DNA of 63,921 nt, the filler included, from Octopus bimaculoides (lineage: Eukaryota): NCBI RefSeq assembly GCF_001194135.2. It is 7 parts of 7 records of this genome, joined end to end, with 100 filler letters (N's around TTAATTAATTAA, not from the genome) between each part and the next. Parts side by side here need not be neighbours in the genome. Positions count along the whole stretch, not along the records: positions 1 to 8,659 come from NC_068998.1; positions 8,760 to 19,515 come from NC_068981.1; 5 more parts are not named here. One strand, given 5' to 3'. The notes beneath the pieces were generated by a model. That model did not search any database. It was not told where the DNA came from and saw only the letters and a program-made list of their open reading frames with translations. Shown piece after piece: positions 1-11,847 of the stretch (the stretch's first letter is position 1; each line of letters begins with the position of its first letter). A program made the translations under genes and the position numbers.

Positions 1-160
1 ATACAATAAACACATACATACATACATACATACATACATACATACATGGATACATACATACATACATAATGCATACACACACACATACATACATACATAC
101 ATACATACATACATACATACATAATGCATACATACATACATACATGCATACATACATATA
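1..160. repeat. (TACA)n microsatellite
   Basis: Direct tandem TACA units. Representative of dozens of (CA)n, (TA)n, (TACA)n, (GA)n, (TAA)n, (CAA)n and (CTA/CCA)n tracts across the window. Confidence 0.95.
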
Positions 161-171
161 TGTGTACCTAC

Positions 172-417
172 GTGAGATTGAGTGCGTGTCTGTGTTTAAC
201 CACCGAAAATCCACCGATGGCAGGCCTTAACACAGATTCTCTCCTACACTCATTTCTCTCGGGACACACTTGCACTGTGATCACATAGGGAACTTCCGGG
301 CGTACTAACCAAAGATTCCAGTGTTGAATTCCAGTGTTTCCGGTTGTGGTTATCGGTATTAGGTGTGGCCCTTTCAGCGTTTCCAATGACTTCTCCCGTG
401 GGTCATATTCTCTCTCG
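172..417 (-). CDS. Candidate internal exon, unknown beta-strand-rich domain (EREYDPREKSLETLKGPHLIP...WNLWLVRPEVPYVITVQVCPE...HALNLT)
   Basis: GC-richer unique island with a reading frame open for ~83 codons, ending at a good donor (CAC|GTAGGT at 171). The only in-frame acceptors are purine-rich and poor, so support is weak. Confidence 0.3.
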
Positions 418-759
418 CTTCATACTTGCCACTTTCAGCATGCGACTATTTCATGCTGGCTGCTCGGCAAGAAATTTAATATGTGTATATAAATATATAT
501 ACATGAATATATAAAGTATAGATATGCACATACACACATGCATACACACACACATACATGCATGCAAACAGACATATATATAAATACACGCACACACGTA
601 TATATAAATACATAAATACATATATATNNNNNNNNNNNNNNNNNNNNNNNNNNNNNNNNNNNNNNNNNNNNNNNNNNNNNNNNNNNNNNNNNNNNNNNNN
701 NNNNNNNNNNNNNNNNNNNNNNNNNNNNNNNNNNNNNNNNNNNNNNNNNNNNNNNNNNN

Positions 760-793
<34 letters not shown>

Positions 794-883
794 GTATGTA
801 TGTATATATTTTTGTATGTATATATATATTTATGCATGTATAAAGGTATATGTGTATATATATATATGTATGCACAAACACGG

Positions 884-916
<33 letters not shown>

Positions 917-1419
917 ACACACATGCACACAAACACATGCGCACACACACATACATGTTTGTGTGTGTGTATTTGTCACGTGATCTAATCCGCTATTAAT
1001 CATGATTATTCATGGTAACTCACAGTTTCATATTTACTGACACTCCACAATCATCAGACGAATAGATGCTCGGCCTATTACTTGAATATCAGTGATATGT
1101 GTGTTATGGTGTATAAATTAAGAGTCAATACCGTTTAGTATGTTACTCTCTATTAATTATAACCGGCAGCACACACACAAGCATACACACACCTCTACAT
1201 ACATATATACATACAAATATCAGACATAAACACGTAAATTTATGCATAGATACATGCATACATACATACATAGATGCACACACGCATACAAACATGCATA
1301 CATACACATATACGTATCAAGAAAATCGATACTGCAATTTCTTGCTGAATAATCTGCACATATGGTTTGTTTATAGTGGTAAAATACTCGTGCCACACAT
1401 TAGCTTACTCCCTCCTTCA

Positions 1420-1600
1420 AAACATCATTGCCTGTGCATGTGTACAGTGGGTCATGCGTCGGATGTCGAAAAGAGATCGCAGAGCAACGTCAGATGAAGT
1501 ACTTTACTCAAAAACAAAACACACCAGCGGTCCAGGAATCGAACCAACGATCTTGCAATCGTGAGTGGAACACCCTAACATCCAGGTCATGAACCCTCAC
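1420..1600 (-). mobile_element. tRNA-headed SINE (family D), degenerate
   Basis: Minus strand has B-box GGTTCGATTCC followed by a ttgagtaaagtacttcatctgacgttgctc central motif. A related, internally deleted copy lies at ~27160-27215 (+). Confidence 0.65.
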
Positions 1601-1654
1601 TACATACATACATACATACATACATCTTTTAGTAATATTCTTTGTCAACACTTT

Positions 1655-2003
1655 TAGTGGAATGAGTGGAATTTCCGTATCCTCATTTATATTAGAAGCT
1701 TGTTCTTGTTATTACAGTATCAGCTCCTCCTCAGATGAAATTTCTTTATGCGACTCTAGCAGCTCAGCCACATCATTCTCTATAACTTCTTCAACTCCTA
1801 CATCATTTGCAAGCGTCACACTATTTTTCTGAATTTGATGTAAACATTCTGCTTGTAGAAGACTTCCGGATACAGTCTTGTTATACATTTTTCAGTGCAC
1901 CATTCAAAGTTGAGGATTTCACTTCATGCCATGGCTACGTTATGCACAACTTCCATTATGCTACCCACCAGCTATCTCTAACAGTAAGGTTATCCTCCTT
2001 GTC
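1655..2003 (-). mobile_element. Tigger/pogo-like transposase C-terminal remnant
   Basis: Minus-strand translation with stops and frameshifts: LTVRD..W..WHEVKSSTLNGALK...VTLANDVGVEEVIENDVAELLESHKEISSEEELI, the typical Tigger C-terminal pattern. Confidence 0.75.
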
Positions 2004-2018
2004 AATAATAATAATAGT

Positions 2019-2215
2019 CCTTTCTATTATAGGCATAAGGCCAGAATTCTGAGGGGAAAGGATTAGTCGATTGCATTGACCCCAGAGTTCCACTGGTACT
2101 TAATTTATCGACCCCGAAAGGATGAAAGGCAAAGTCGACCTCAGCGGAATTTGAACTCAGAACGTAGTAGCTGACGAGATACCGCTAAGCATTTCTGCCA
2201 GCTCGCTGCCTAGTC
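2019..2215 (+). mobile_element. SINE-like repeat family B
   Basis: Core ggtacttaatttatcgaccccgaaaggatgaaaggcaaagtcgacc...gaatttgaactcagaacg recurs at least 8 times in the window. This copy is flanked by (TAA)n. Confidence 0.85.
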
Positions 2216-2263
2216 AATAATAACAATAATAATGATAATAATAATAATAAATAAAAATAATAC

Positions 2264-2314
<51 letters not shown>

Positions 2315-2328
2315 TGATGATGATGATG

Positions 2329-2400
<72 letters not shown>
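2216..2400. repeat. (TAA)n/(TGA)n microsatellite
   Basis: Direct observation; lies between SINE B and a Dong-like fragment. Confidence 0.95.
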
Positions 2401-2699
2401 GGAAATAGAGATAACTCGAATGTGGAATCTAAAAAACAGAAACAATTCCTATCATAGTAGGTGCCTTAGGTATAATAAAAAAAATATTCAGACAAATACA
2501 TAACAAAAACACCAGGACTTACAAATATATATAACATACAGAAAATTGCACTACTGGGTACTGCACACATTCTACGCAAAACACTTTCAATACAGTAAAC
2601 ATAAGAGCACCACAGCAAACCACAGCACATACCCAAGGCGCACAGAGCTGCGCTCGGTAGTGAAGTGAAAGCACATTATAAAAATAAAACTACTGAACA
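2401..2699 (+). mobile_element. 5'-truncated R4/Dong-like non-LTR retrotransposon, subfamily A (RLE end plus 3'UTR)
   Basis: EIEITRMWNLKTETIPIIVGALGIIKKYSDKYITKTPGLTNIYNIQKIALLGTAHILRKTLSIQ*. Near-identical to 52230-52530 and flanked by (TAA)n on both sides. Confidence 0.85.
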
Positions 2700-2719
2700 A
2701 TAATAATAATGATAATGAT

Positions 2720-2930
2720 CCTTTCTACTATAAGCACAAGACCTGAAATTTGGAGGGAGGGGTAAGTCGATTACAGTGATACCAGCACTTAATTGGTACT
2801 TATTTTATCGAACCTGAAAGGATGAAAGGCAAAATTGACCTTAGTGAGAATTGAACTTAGAACGTTACGATTCGTGACTACATACTACTAAGCATTTTGT
2901 TCGGCGCTTTAACGATTCTGCCAATGCATC
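2720..2930 (+). mobile_element. SINE family B
   Basis: cctttctactataagcacaag...gaaaggatgaaaggcaaaattgacc...gctttaacgattctgcc. Confidence 0.8.
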
Positions 2931-4084
2931 ACATCTTTTTCATATTGTTTTTAACGTAGCTACATTTGTATACTCCGAGAGGATGTAGGTCATTTCGTAA
3001 TATTTAGGTCAATGGTAGTTAATATATAAACATTATCTAGAGAAATATGATCATACCACGCCTCCGTAACAGCCAAACTTGATCAATCAACCTCATTATA
3101 CATTTTTAAAATAATATATCTCTTGTAACTTCGACTCAAAGCACCGGAACCTTAACCTTATCGAACAACACCGCTGCTAACATCATCAGTCATTTTTAAC
3201 ATAGGCCTAAGTGGTATGCTGTAGTCGATTAGCAAATAATAATAAGAAATTTAAAAAGAGCCCGAGGAATTTAGCAGTGGAGTTGTGTAAGTGTATATGT
3301 CATCGGAGAAAAGAGAAATCCTAGTATTTGGGGTTAAACATTTTGTTTGAATGATAAAACGGTTAAATTAAATCTTAACACTTTCCTGCTATTTATTTCA
3401 TGAAAGCAACAAATTGTATTAGTAGAGTTTTTAAAACATGGGTAAAATACATTGTTTCACCTTTTGTTTTGCCTTCTGAACTCTGTGTTCAAATTCCACT
3501 ATGTTTAACTTTGCCTTTCATCATCCAGGTGTTTGATAAATAATGTACATACTCATGATTACACTGTGTAACACGATTTTTGTCCTTGGGTAGCAAACGT
3601 TATTTCCTGTTTGCTTACCCCTAGAAAGTATGAAAAATGGATAATATTTCCTCCAATCTTTGCTTTTGTTACATTTATTCAAATACCAGAGAATCCCTCT
3701 CAACACATGGCTATGACGCTCCCCAACTACTTCTACTCGTGATCAGAGGTGCATATATGTCAAGCAACTCACAAGCAAGTCTCTGGTATTGAGAAGAATA
3801 TTTGCTGTATCGATATTCCTGCTTCAGCAACTCAATGTTGAATCTATCTGAAATGTAATGGCAAATAGGTCAGTTTCAAAACATTGATGTCCAGGTAGCA
3901 AAAACAAAATTTGAAAGGGAATGGTAGTCATTTCCTTTGATTTCTAGATAGAAGCTAATAGGAAATAACACTTACTGACCAAAGACAAAAAATAAAGAAA
4001 GACAGAAAAATTTTGTTACATAGTGCAATGATAGGTAGAAATGTCAGTTTTGGACTAGATTTTCTCAGTATATGTTCCGCCTTT

Positions 4085-4275
4085 TAGCACATTGGTGAAA
4101 ATTCAAGAAAACGGACCAAATATTATTGTGAAAAATCATGTTGAAAATATGTCTTTCAATGGATGTTGCTGCCGCCGCTGACAAAAACAGCTCTGAGAAT
4201 GTTTGAGAAATATGAGGAATATAAGGAATTGGTGAAAGAAATTAGAAGAATGTGGCATCTTGATGACACTAGGAA
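4085..4275 (+). mobile_element. Degenerate R4/Dong-like RLE fragment (subfamily D)
   Basis: Frameshifted ENGPNIIVKN..MDVAAAADKN..FEKYEEYKELVKEIRRMWHL resembles the RPDI..IDVA.P.D.N..EK..KY.DL..EI.RMW endonuclease motif. Confidence 0.65.
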
Positions 4276-5005
4276 CAAGCTGTATCACTCCTTGCTATTC
4301 TCATTGACAACACCAGTAACATTGACATGAGTAACTGCCGATATTTTGTAACAAACCTTATCCAGGCATGAGTATAGAGGGAAAACTTCCCATATAAAGA
4401 TCCATGGTATACTGACACCTACAAAGGCCTCGGATTTTATCGATCTTTGGAAAGATAAAAGGCAAACATCAACTTCAGAAGGAATAAAATTCAAAACGTA
4501 AAACGTTACATCTAAACACCACAAAGCATTTTGTCCAACAGTCTACCGATTCTATTCCACCGCTGCCTTAACCATTTTTAAATATTAAGTTACTTTTAAG
4601 CACTGTACAGTCTTCGACGATTTTTCAGAATAAGTTATTACTAATGGCAGAAAGTTAAGAGTAAATATTCTATTTGAATTTGCTTCAGAATTAAGAGGAA
4701 ACTAGTTTTTGTTTTAGTTCTTTATTTCCCAATAGAAGCATACCATTTGGAGACCCTACGTTTGGCCACATGGAAATTACAAGTTGATCATGTGTGCGAA
4801 CAGAGTTTCCGTCCAATCAATGACTTGTGTTCACATGATAGTCTGGCAGCATGACCAGGACTTTCTGTGAACAGAGCCTACAAATACAGCTCATTTTAGT
4901 GCAAAAAGGACAAAGTGAATTCGGTCTTTGGTGGAGTTTGCTCTCAACTCATAGCTGTTTACACAGCTACATATTCGACCTCACGCAATAGATGAAGAAA
5001 CATAC

Positions 5006-5081
5006 CGTAGCAACACGGCAACAGGAATATGCATTGGTGTGAAAAAATCAACTTGAATATCGAATTTCTGATGAAGATCTC
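5006..5081 (-). CDS. Candidate 76-nt internal exon (GDLHQKFDIQVDFFTPMHIPVAVLLR)
   Basis: Strong donor ACG|GTATGT at 5005, weak acceptor gcgcag| at 5082, and an open protein-like frame (phase 1 to phase 2). Confidence 0.3.
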
Positions 5082-5482
5082 CTGCGCGTGTAACATACGT
5101 CGTTTTGTATAAAATTTACTCTTCTTGTATTGCATGAACACTTTCTGTATTAACAATAATTGATGTCTATGCAGTATACTTACAAAAAAACCTTCCTTCA
5201 TGCCCACACTACAGAAGTGAAGCTAAATGTTATATTCAAACGTTTCAATTACAATTAAAACGTTCAAAATATCTTTCCTCAAATGTCATTTCCGGAGACT
5301 GCTTCAGAAAGGAGAATTTAATTCTGAAACTTGCACTACACTACAAGATAAACAAAGAAATTGATAAACAATATATAATTGTGGTGTAGTAAACTGGAAA
5401 CACGGATCCTGAGTCGCGCTTCATCGTTCGACCAGTTACTTGTGTGCCTTAAAACTACTCAACTAGGGCTGAATGATCTCGG

Positions 5483-5637
5483 GTTACGCAACATCAACAA
5501 CAACAAAAACGAAACGGCTCTGTGTTACGCAACAGCAGCAACAACCACAAAACAACCTCGAGTTACGCAACGACAACAAAACAACCTCGAGTTACGCAAC
5601 AACAAGTTAACAACAAAATGACTTGGGGTTATGTAAC
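5483..5637. repeat. Minisatellite with 4x GTTACGCAAC plus 1x GTTATGTAAC in CAA-rich spacers
   Basis: Motifs start at 5483, 5524, 5562, 5591 and 5628. Confidence 0.85.
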
Positions 5638-5729
5638 AGCAGTAACAACAACGAAACGACAACACCGAAGGCAGCGGCAAAAACAAAAAAACATCATCAG
5701 CAATAATGGCAACATCAACGAAAACGACG

Positions 5730-5783
<54 letters not shown>

Positions 5784-5971
5784 GCAGCAGCAGCAGCAAC
5801 AACAACAACAACAGGAACAACTTCAACAATAACATCAACACTAACGACCGTTACGACAATATTAACAATAGATTAAGAACAGCAGCAATTCAACAATGGG
5901 CTGCACAGACGCTCGCCCTTCTAGAAATAACAGCCAAGTCTTACTCAATTCATACCCTACTAACAAAAAAA

Positions 5972-6005
<34 letters not shown>

Positions 6006-6549
6006 AACTTGACGCTTGATATCCAACGAGACGGATGAACACGGTAGCGAAGCATTTGATCAGAGATCAGCCCTATCAGAGATGATTGGATGCCTAACAA
6101 CAACAACAACAACAACCACAGCTGCTGCTGCTGCTACTGCTGCTAACATCCGTGTTCTCTTGCTACACAACGATGTATAGCAACTTTACTTATTCGACAT
6201 ATTGTTTAAAAAAACAGAACTTGAAGCGAAAAACGTAGCTAAATATATTTAAACTAAGACATTGCCATATGTTTTGTGCATATATAAGCCTTTTCTTTAT
6301 TATTATCTTCTATCTTTTCTTTGTTGGAAAACTTTAAGCGCGCGCGCGGCCGCACTCGCCCACGCATGCACACATACGCACCCATGCACACACACACATA
6401 CATACATACATACATATATATATATATTTATTTATTTATTCATTTATTTATATATATTATATATGCATATATATCTATATAATCTCTCTCTATATATATG
6501 GTTGTATGCATATATATATATATAATTTCTATATATATATATGGTTGTA

Positions 6550-6580
<31 letters not shown>

Positions 6581-6880
6581 GGTGGTTGTCTACTCCTTAA
6601 ACAGAGTTTGACCACGTCCTGCACCTACACCTTAGCCCTTTCATGGCGTCTGATGTGGCTTTTTAAACCAGACTGTTTTGAAAAAACACCCACACAGATT
6701 GCACCTCTGATTTGCACTACCAATACCTGGAAGTAAGTTCTGCTCATTATGGATCCTAACATGTCTTTTAAGACCCCAATTGGATTTGCAAACCCTCTGG
6801 CACACATCACATTCAAACGTGTGCACAGACATATAATCAGAATAGCTGGATGAGGTTTGTTTTCCATGGGTTCGCAGGTG
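6581..6880 (-). mobile_element. Two C2H2 zinc fingers plus short 3' tail; probably the 3' end of an RTE-like LINE (frameshifted)
   Basis: FECDVCQRVCKSNWGLKRHVRIH...CNLCGCFFK/QSGLKSHIRRHERAKV*. There is no TGEKP linker, finger 2 is frameshifted, and the tail runs straight into (TA)n. Confidence 0.5.
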
Positions 6881-6940
6881 AGATGATGCAAGCAGGGCTC
6901 AAGAGATATTTAAGGAAAAATTTAAAGACTGAGAAGGTGA

Positions 6941-7352
6941 ATGACAAGGACCTTTTTGTGTGCACAGTCTGCGAACCCAGACTTGACTAACCCGGATTTT
7001 CTTTCATTTTTGTGTGGATACCTGAAAGAGAGGGTTTACGTCGACAAACCGGAGACCCTGGTGCGACTGAAGGAGAACATCAATATAGAGGAAGAAGAGA
7101 AGTGGAGTCTGAAGCTGTTGAGGGTGTTATGGTGCAAGTTTTTGGAAAGAGCACGGGCGTGTGAAGCCGAAAATGGCTGCCATTTAAGCGATGTCATTTT
7201 TCATACATGATGTAGTGGTGCTGCAAAATTTGAGTTGTGCATATCAGTTTCCATTATGTCCTTTATATTGTATCAAAATTTCATGCATTTATTTGTAAAG
7301 TTAAGGAAGTTATTAAAAATTGAAACCGGTCAGTGACTTTTGGGGCACCCTG
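6941..7352 (+). mobile_element. Tc1/mariner-superfamily (maT/rosa-like) 3' fragment with right TIR
   Basis: NPDLTNPDFLSFLCGYLKERVYVDKPETLVRLKENI...CEAENGCHL (cf. SPDLTPxDFFLWGYLK). Ends ...ggggcaccctg followed by TA. Confidence 0.8.
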
Positions 7353-8221
7353 TACATACATACATACATTCATTTGAATGTATACTTATATACATACCTA
7401 CGATCGTACATGCATAGGTACATACTTGTGTGTTTGTGAGAGTCTGTTAATATGCATGTATCTATCTATCTATTTTTCTCTCTTCCCCTCCCTCTCCTCT
7501 CTCTCTCTCTCACACTAAATATATATATATATATATATATANNNNNNNNNNNNNNNNNNNNNNNNNNNNNNNNNNNNNNNNNNNNNNNNNNNNNNNNNNN
7601 NNNNNNNNNNNNNNNNNNNNNNNNNNNNNNNNNNNNNNNNNNNNNNNNNNNNNNNNNNNNNNNNNNNNNNNNNNNNNNNNNNNNNNNNNNNNNNNNNNNN
7701 NNNNNNNNNNNNNNNNNNNNNNNNNNNNNNNNNNNNNNNNNNNNNNNNNNNNNNNNNNNNNNNNNNNNNNNNNNNNNNNNNNNNNNNNNNNNNNNNNNNN
7801 NNNNNNNNNNNNNNNNNNNNNNNNNNNNNNNNNNNNNNNNNNNNNNNNNNNNNNNNNNNNNNNNNNNNNNNNNNNNNNNNNNNNNNNNNNNNNNNNNNNN
7901 NNNNNNNNNNNNNNNNNNNNNNNNNNNNNNNNNNNNNNNNNNNNNNNNNNNNNNNNNNNNNNNNNNNNNNNNNNNNNNNNNNNNNNNNNNNNNNNNNNNN
8001 NNNNNNNNNNNNNNNNNNNNNNNNNNNNCGTGAAGTAGAAACAGTTCTGTACTGTATATTGCTTTTATTATTTTTTAAAATTTTATTTATCTATTTATTT
8101 ATTATTACAAATGCAAAACAATACCACGAAGGAATCGACGTAAGCTTAAATAATAAGCCACGATAGGTGATAGGTGATAGATATATATATCCTATCGGCG
8201 ACGTTTGTGCAAATTTTTGAG

Positions 8222-8420
8222 AGGCGCAGGCATGGCTGTGAGGTAAGAATAGGCGCAGGCGTGGCTGTGTAGTAAGAATCTTCCTTCCCAACCACATGAT
8301 TTTGGGTTCAGTTCCACTGTGTGGCACCTTGGGCAAGTGTCTTCTACTATGGCCTCGGACCGACCAAAGGCTTGTGAGTGGATTTGGCAGACGGAAACTG
8401 AAAGAAGCCTGTCGTATATG

Positions 8421-8455
<35 letters not shown>

Positions 8456-8617
8456 ATATGTTTTCGTCCCCGTAACTTAGAGGTTCGGCAAAAGTGAACG
8501 ATAGAATAAGTACTAGGCTTACAAAGATTAAGTCCTGGGGTCGATTTGTTCACTAAAGGCGGTGCTCTAGCATGGCCGCAGTCAAATGACTGAAGCAAAG
8601 AATAAAAGAATAAAAGA

Positions 8618-8620
<3 letters not shown>
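8222..8620 (+). mobile_element. tRNA-headed SINE family A with duplicated head
   Basis: Starts ggcgcaggc(a/g)tggctgtg twice, then B-box-like gggttcagttcc, an internal microsatellite and the tail gcggtgctctagcatggccgcagtcaaatgactgaa. Confidence 0.9.
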
Positions 8621-8659
<39 letters not shown>

Positions 8660-8759
8660 NNNNNNNNNNNNNNNNNNNNNNNNNNNNNNNNNNNNNNNNN
8701 NNNTTAATTAATTAANNNNNNNNNNNNNNNNNNNNNNNNNNNNNNNNNNNNNNNNNNNN
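8660..8759. other. 100-bp unknown-size assembly gap with TTAATTAATTAA linker (also 19516, 32593, 40042, 47041, 60329)
   Basis: Identical 44N + TTAATTAATTAA + 44N pattern occurs six times; the 12-mer puts stops in all six frames. Confidence 0.95.
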
Positions 8760-9040
8760 AGAGATTGCTATCTAGCTAGATTGATAGGAAGACGATAGAT
8801 AGATAGATTGATGAAGAAAGACAGAGAGAAGGGTGTGTTTTTTGCTAGTAAGATTTCAATAAACGGTAAAATGCATCATGGCCGCATGAAACAACAACAG
8901 CAACAACAAAACCTCCAAATATGTCAATGCTCCCTACTTGGAATGAAGATTAATCTAAATAATGTTATTAAAAAGGGAAAACTATATTTACACACATACT
9001 TAAATACATACACATATCCACTTATAAGTATGTGGGTACA

Positions 9041-9080
<40 letters not shown>

Positions 9081-9892
9081 AATGTGTGAGTGTGTGTGTG
9101 CGTGTGCAATGTTCACTGTAGCTGGACACATAAGAAATTTGAACAGTGTTACACATTTTTATTACAAAAATATCTTTTTGTTTGAGTTCGTTCGTACGAA
9201 AACAAAAGAAAAGTTTTGAAGCAACCTGAAATATAAGTATTATTAGAAACCGAAGTACGACAATAACAACAGGTTACAAATAAAAGCAACAACAATAACA
9301 ACAACAACAGCAACAATGGGTTTGAAACAACGGCGCATTTTCATATTTCTTTGTTCACTGAGCGAGCATTAGATATGGCTGCCGTGTGGTTTAACTTGAG
9401 TGTTTCACGGAAAAAAAAGCTATCGAAGATTGATTTATATATATAAAAAAAATCTTATGAAATAATGATAAGTGATGATGTTTTAAGATGTTGTACCGAT
9501 GACAATCATAGACGCAAACAAAGAACATGTCCACTATTGCAAAGAGAAATTGAACAAACTGCTGCAAGGCACAACGCGAAAGACATCCATTTTCAAAAAT
9601 ACTGTTGTGGAATCATTGTTTTTGCTGTTGTTGGTAGTGTTATTATTATTATTATTATTGTTGTTGTTGTTATTGTTATCATTATTATTATTAAACATAT
9701 TTTCCTTTCTTGTTCTTCGTTTTCTTCAATACATATATGCATGCACACACGCATACAAGCATACATACACACACATACATACATACAAACACACACATAC
9801 ATACATACAAATATACATACATACACACACATACATACATACGTACATGCATACACATACATACATACACAAACATACATACATACACACAC

Positions 9893-9923
<31 letters not shown>

Positions 9924-10904
9924 CACACATACACATATATATAGTTGAATAAATTAGAATCAACAAGGAGTACAGTTGGACATTGATTTGCAATCACTAC
10001 AATTGTTTCCACGCAACCTAGTTCTCCAGGCTTGCAGGTATTTCGTTATGTAACCGTTTTCCTGTATTATGAAATCTAGTTGTGCTTCCTCAGGTGATAT
10101 ATAAATATTGTCACCGTAACCTCAAAATCTCAGCTCCAATCGCATCGTTTCTGTCTGTATATGCAGATGTATATGTGTGTGAGCGCGTATGTGTATGAGA
10201 GTGTATAAATGTAGATATATACAAAGCGATGTATATGTACATGTATACTCGCCAACCAAATGACCGGCGAATTCTCGAAGGTCAGCGAAATACAATGCCT
10301 AGTACAACAAATGGTAACGTAGGTGTCCCAAGGCGAACTCAGCGTGGACGGAAACCACACGTCGAGCAAAAGGGGAATAGCTCGCTCGATCTCCATTTTC
10401 AGTACGAAGAAATAGAATGTCATTCCTCTTAACATAGCAACCATCCCATTCCGTCCATACTTCAAAGCAGTTTATCAATAGACTTTCTGCCACAACACTG
10501 AGTAACTCCTAGCACAACTAGATTTCATATATATACATAGAGAGTGAGTGAGGGAGAGAAAGAAAGAGAAAGAGAGAGAAAAAGAGAGAGAGAGCGAGAG
10601 AGAAAAAGAGAAAGAAAATGAATGTTTATTGTCTGTACTCTGCAGGGAAGCACCTGTTTCGTCGTGCATTTCTTTCAAGCGAAAAATCTTTTTTAAAGAG
10701 CAAAGTTGGGACGGGGTGAGTTACAAGGTCAGACTGGACGATATGTCGTATTTGTGTATCTGTCTCTTTCCACGGAGAGGCTAATTCGACCAAGAACGAT
10801 CGATCTAATTTAAAGCACGGAACGAAAACAAGGAAAAAACACATGTATGTACGCTCGTGCGCGTATGTGTGATTAAAGATGTAGCGGTGACTCGAAACCG
10901 AATA

Positions 10905-10985
10905 GCTGGATACGACGTCAGAAATCACGAGCAGACCACAATAGTTTCACGTGATCAGTCTATTAAGCAACCAATCAGCGTCAAG
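10905..10985. promoter_or_regulatory. CpG-rich promoter-like motif cluster
   Basis: CRE-like GACGTCA 10914-10920, Runx-like GACCACA 10934-10940, palindromic E-box TCACGTGA 10947-10954 and CCAAT box (aaCCAATcag) 10971-10975. Confidence 0.5.
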
Positions 10986-11775
10986 CCGTGACATGATTTA
11001 ATCTTCTAGAATATCTAGAATATCGTTGTACGGAATAAAAGGCCGCTTTTGGCGGTAATTAATTGCAGACTGTTGAAGGTAGCTGAACTATACGTGCCTC
11101 AAATCTTCCCATCAGGTGGTTCCAGACATTTACACAGATGGCATAAGGTAGCTAACCATGGACCTCTGTCGCCACGAAGTGAGCGCCATTGATTTCGAAC
11201 ATGTTGGACCAACAGTGCGCGACTGAACAAATTAACTTTCTCTTTTTTTCTCTTTTTCTCTTTTTTCTCCTTTTTCTCTTTTTTCTCTTTTTTCTTTCTC
11301 TCTTTCTTCTTTTTAATTTTTTTCAATTGTGTCCTGTTTTGTCCAATTTTCTAATTTAATTTTGTAAACCAGTAAACACTGTGGAGGCAATAAAACACTC
11401 TTCAAGCAATCAAAAAAAAAAAAAAATCTGGTATCTTTCTGGTTTTCGTCACTGTTTACAATTCTCTTCCAAAAAAATTTTTAATGTCTCATGTAAATGT
11501 AATTCTTGACGCTGAATCCGAATTTGTTATTCATTTATTCCAGGAAAATTTTGCAAAAATGTTACAGGTATTCAAAGTTTGATAATTTTCAAGATTTTCA
11601 GCCTATGAGAAAACGGCGCGTTCGCTGCCTCTTCCATCATCAGTGGGTGGGATGGGGGAATCGGCATGTCAAAACATTGCTACACGCAGACACATACACA
11701 CATATACTCACACAGAGTTGAAACGCTGTTTGATTTTTCTTTTCAGCGTTGAATGTTCACCATCCCACTTCCATT

Positions 11776-11847
<72 letters not shown>

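Noticed and set aside
5184-5208. 25-nt microexon candidate (ctgtag| ... |gtaagt) on the minus strand
   Set aside because: Joining it to the 5081 exon in the protein-like frame creates TGA; no other support.
5483-5637. Repeat-spacer pattern reminiscent of a CRISPR array
   Set aside because: The repeats are only 10 bp, the spacers are related CAA-rich sequence, the context is eukaryotic and there are no cas genes.
8704-8715. TTAATTAATTAA islands inside N runs (six occurrences)
   Set aside because: Constant 44N-12mer-44N layout; an artificial scaffolding linker with stops in all frames, not biology.
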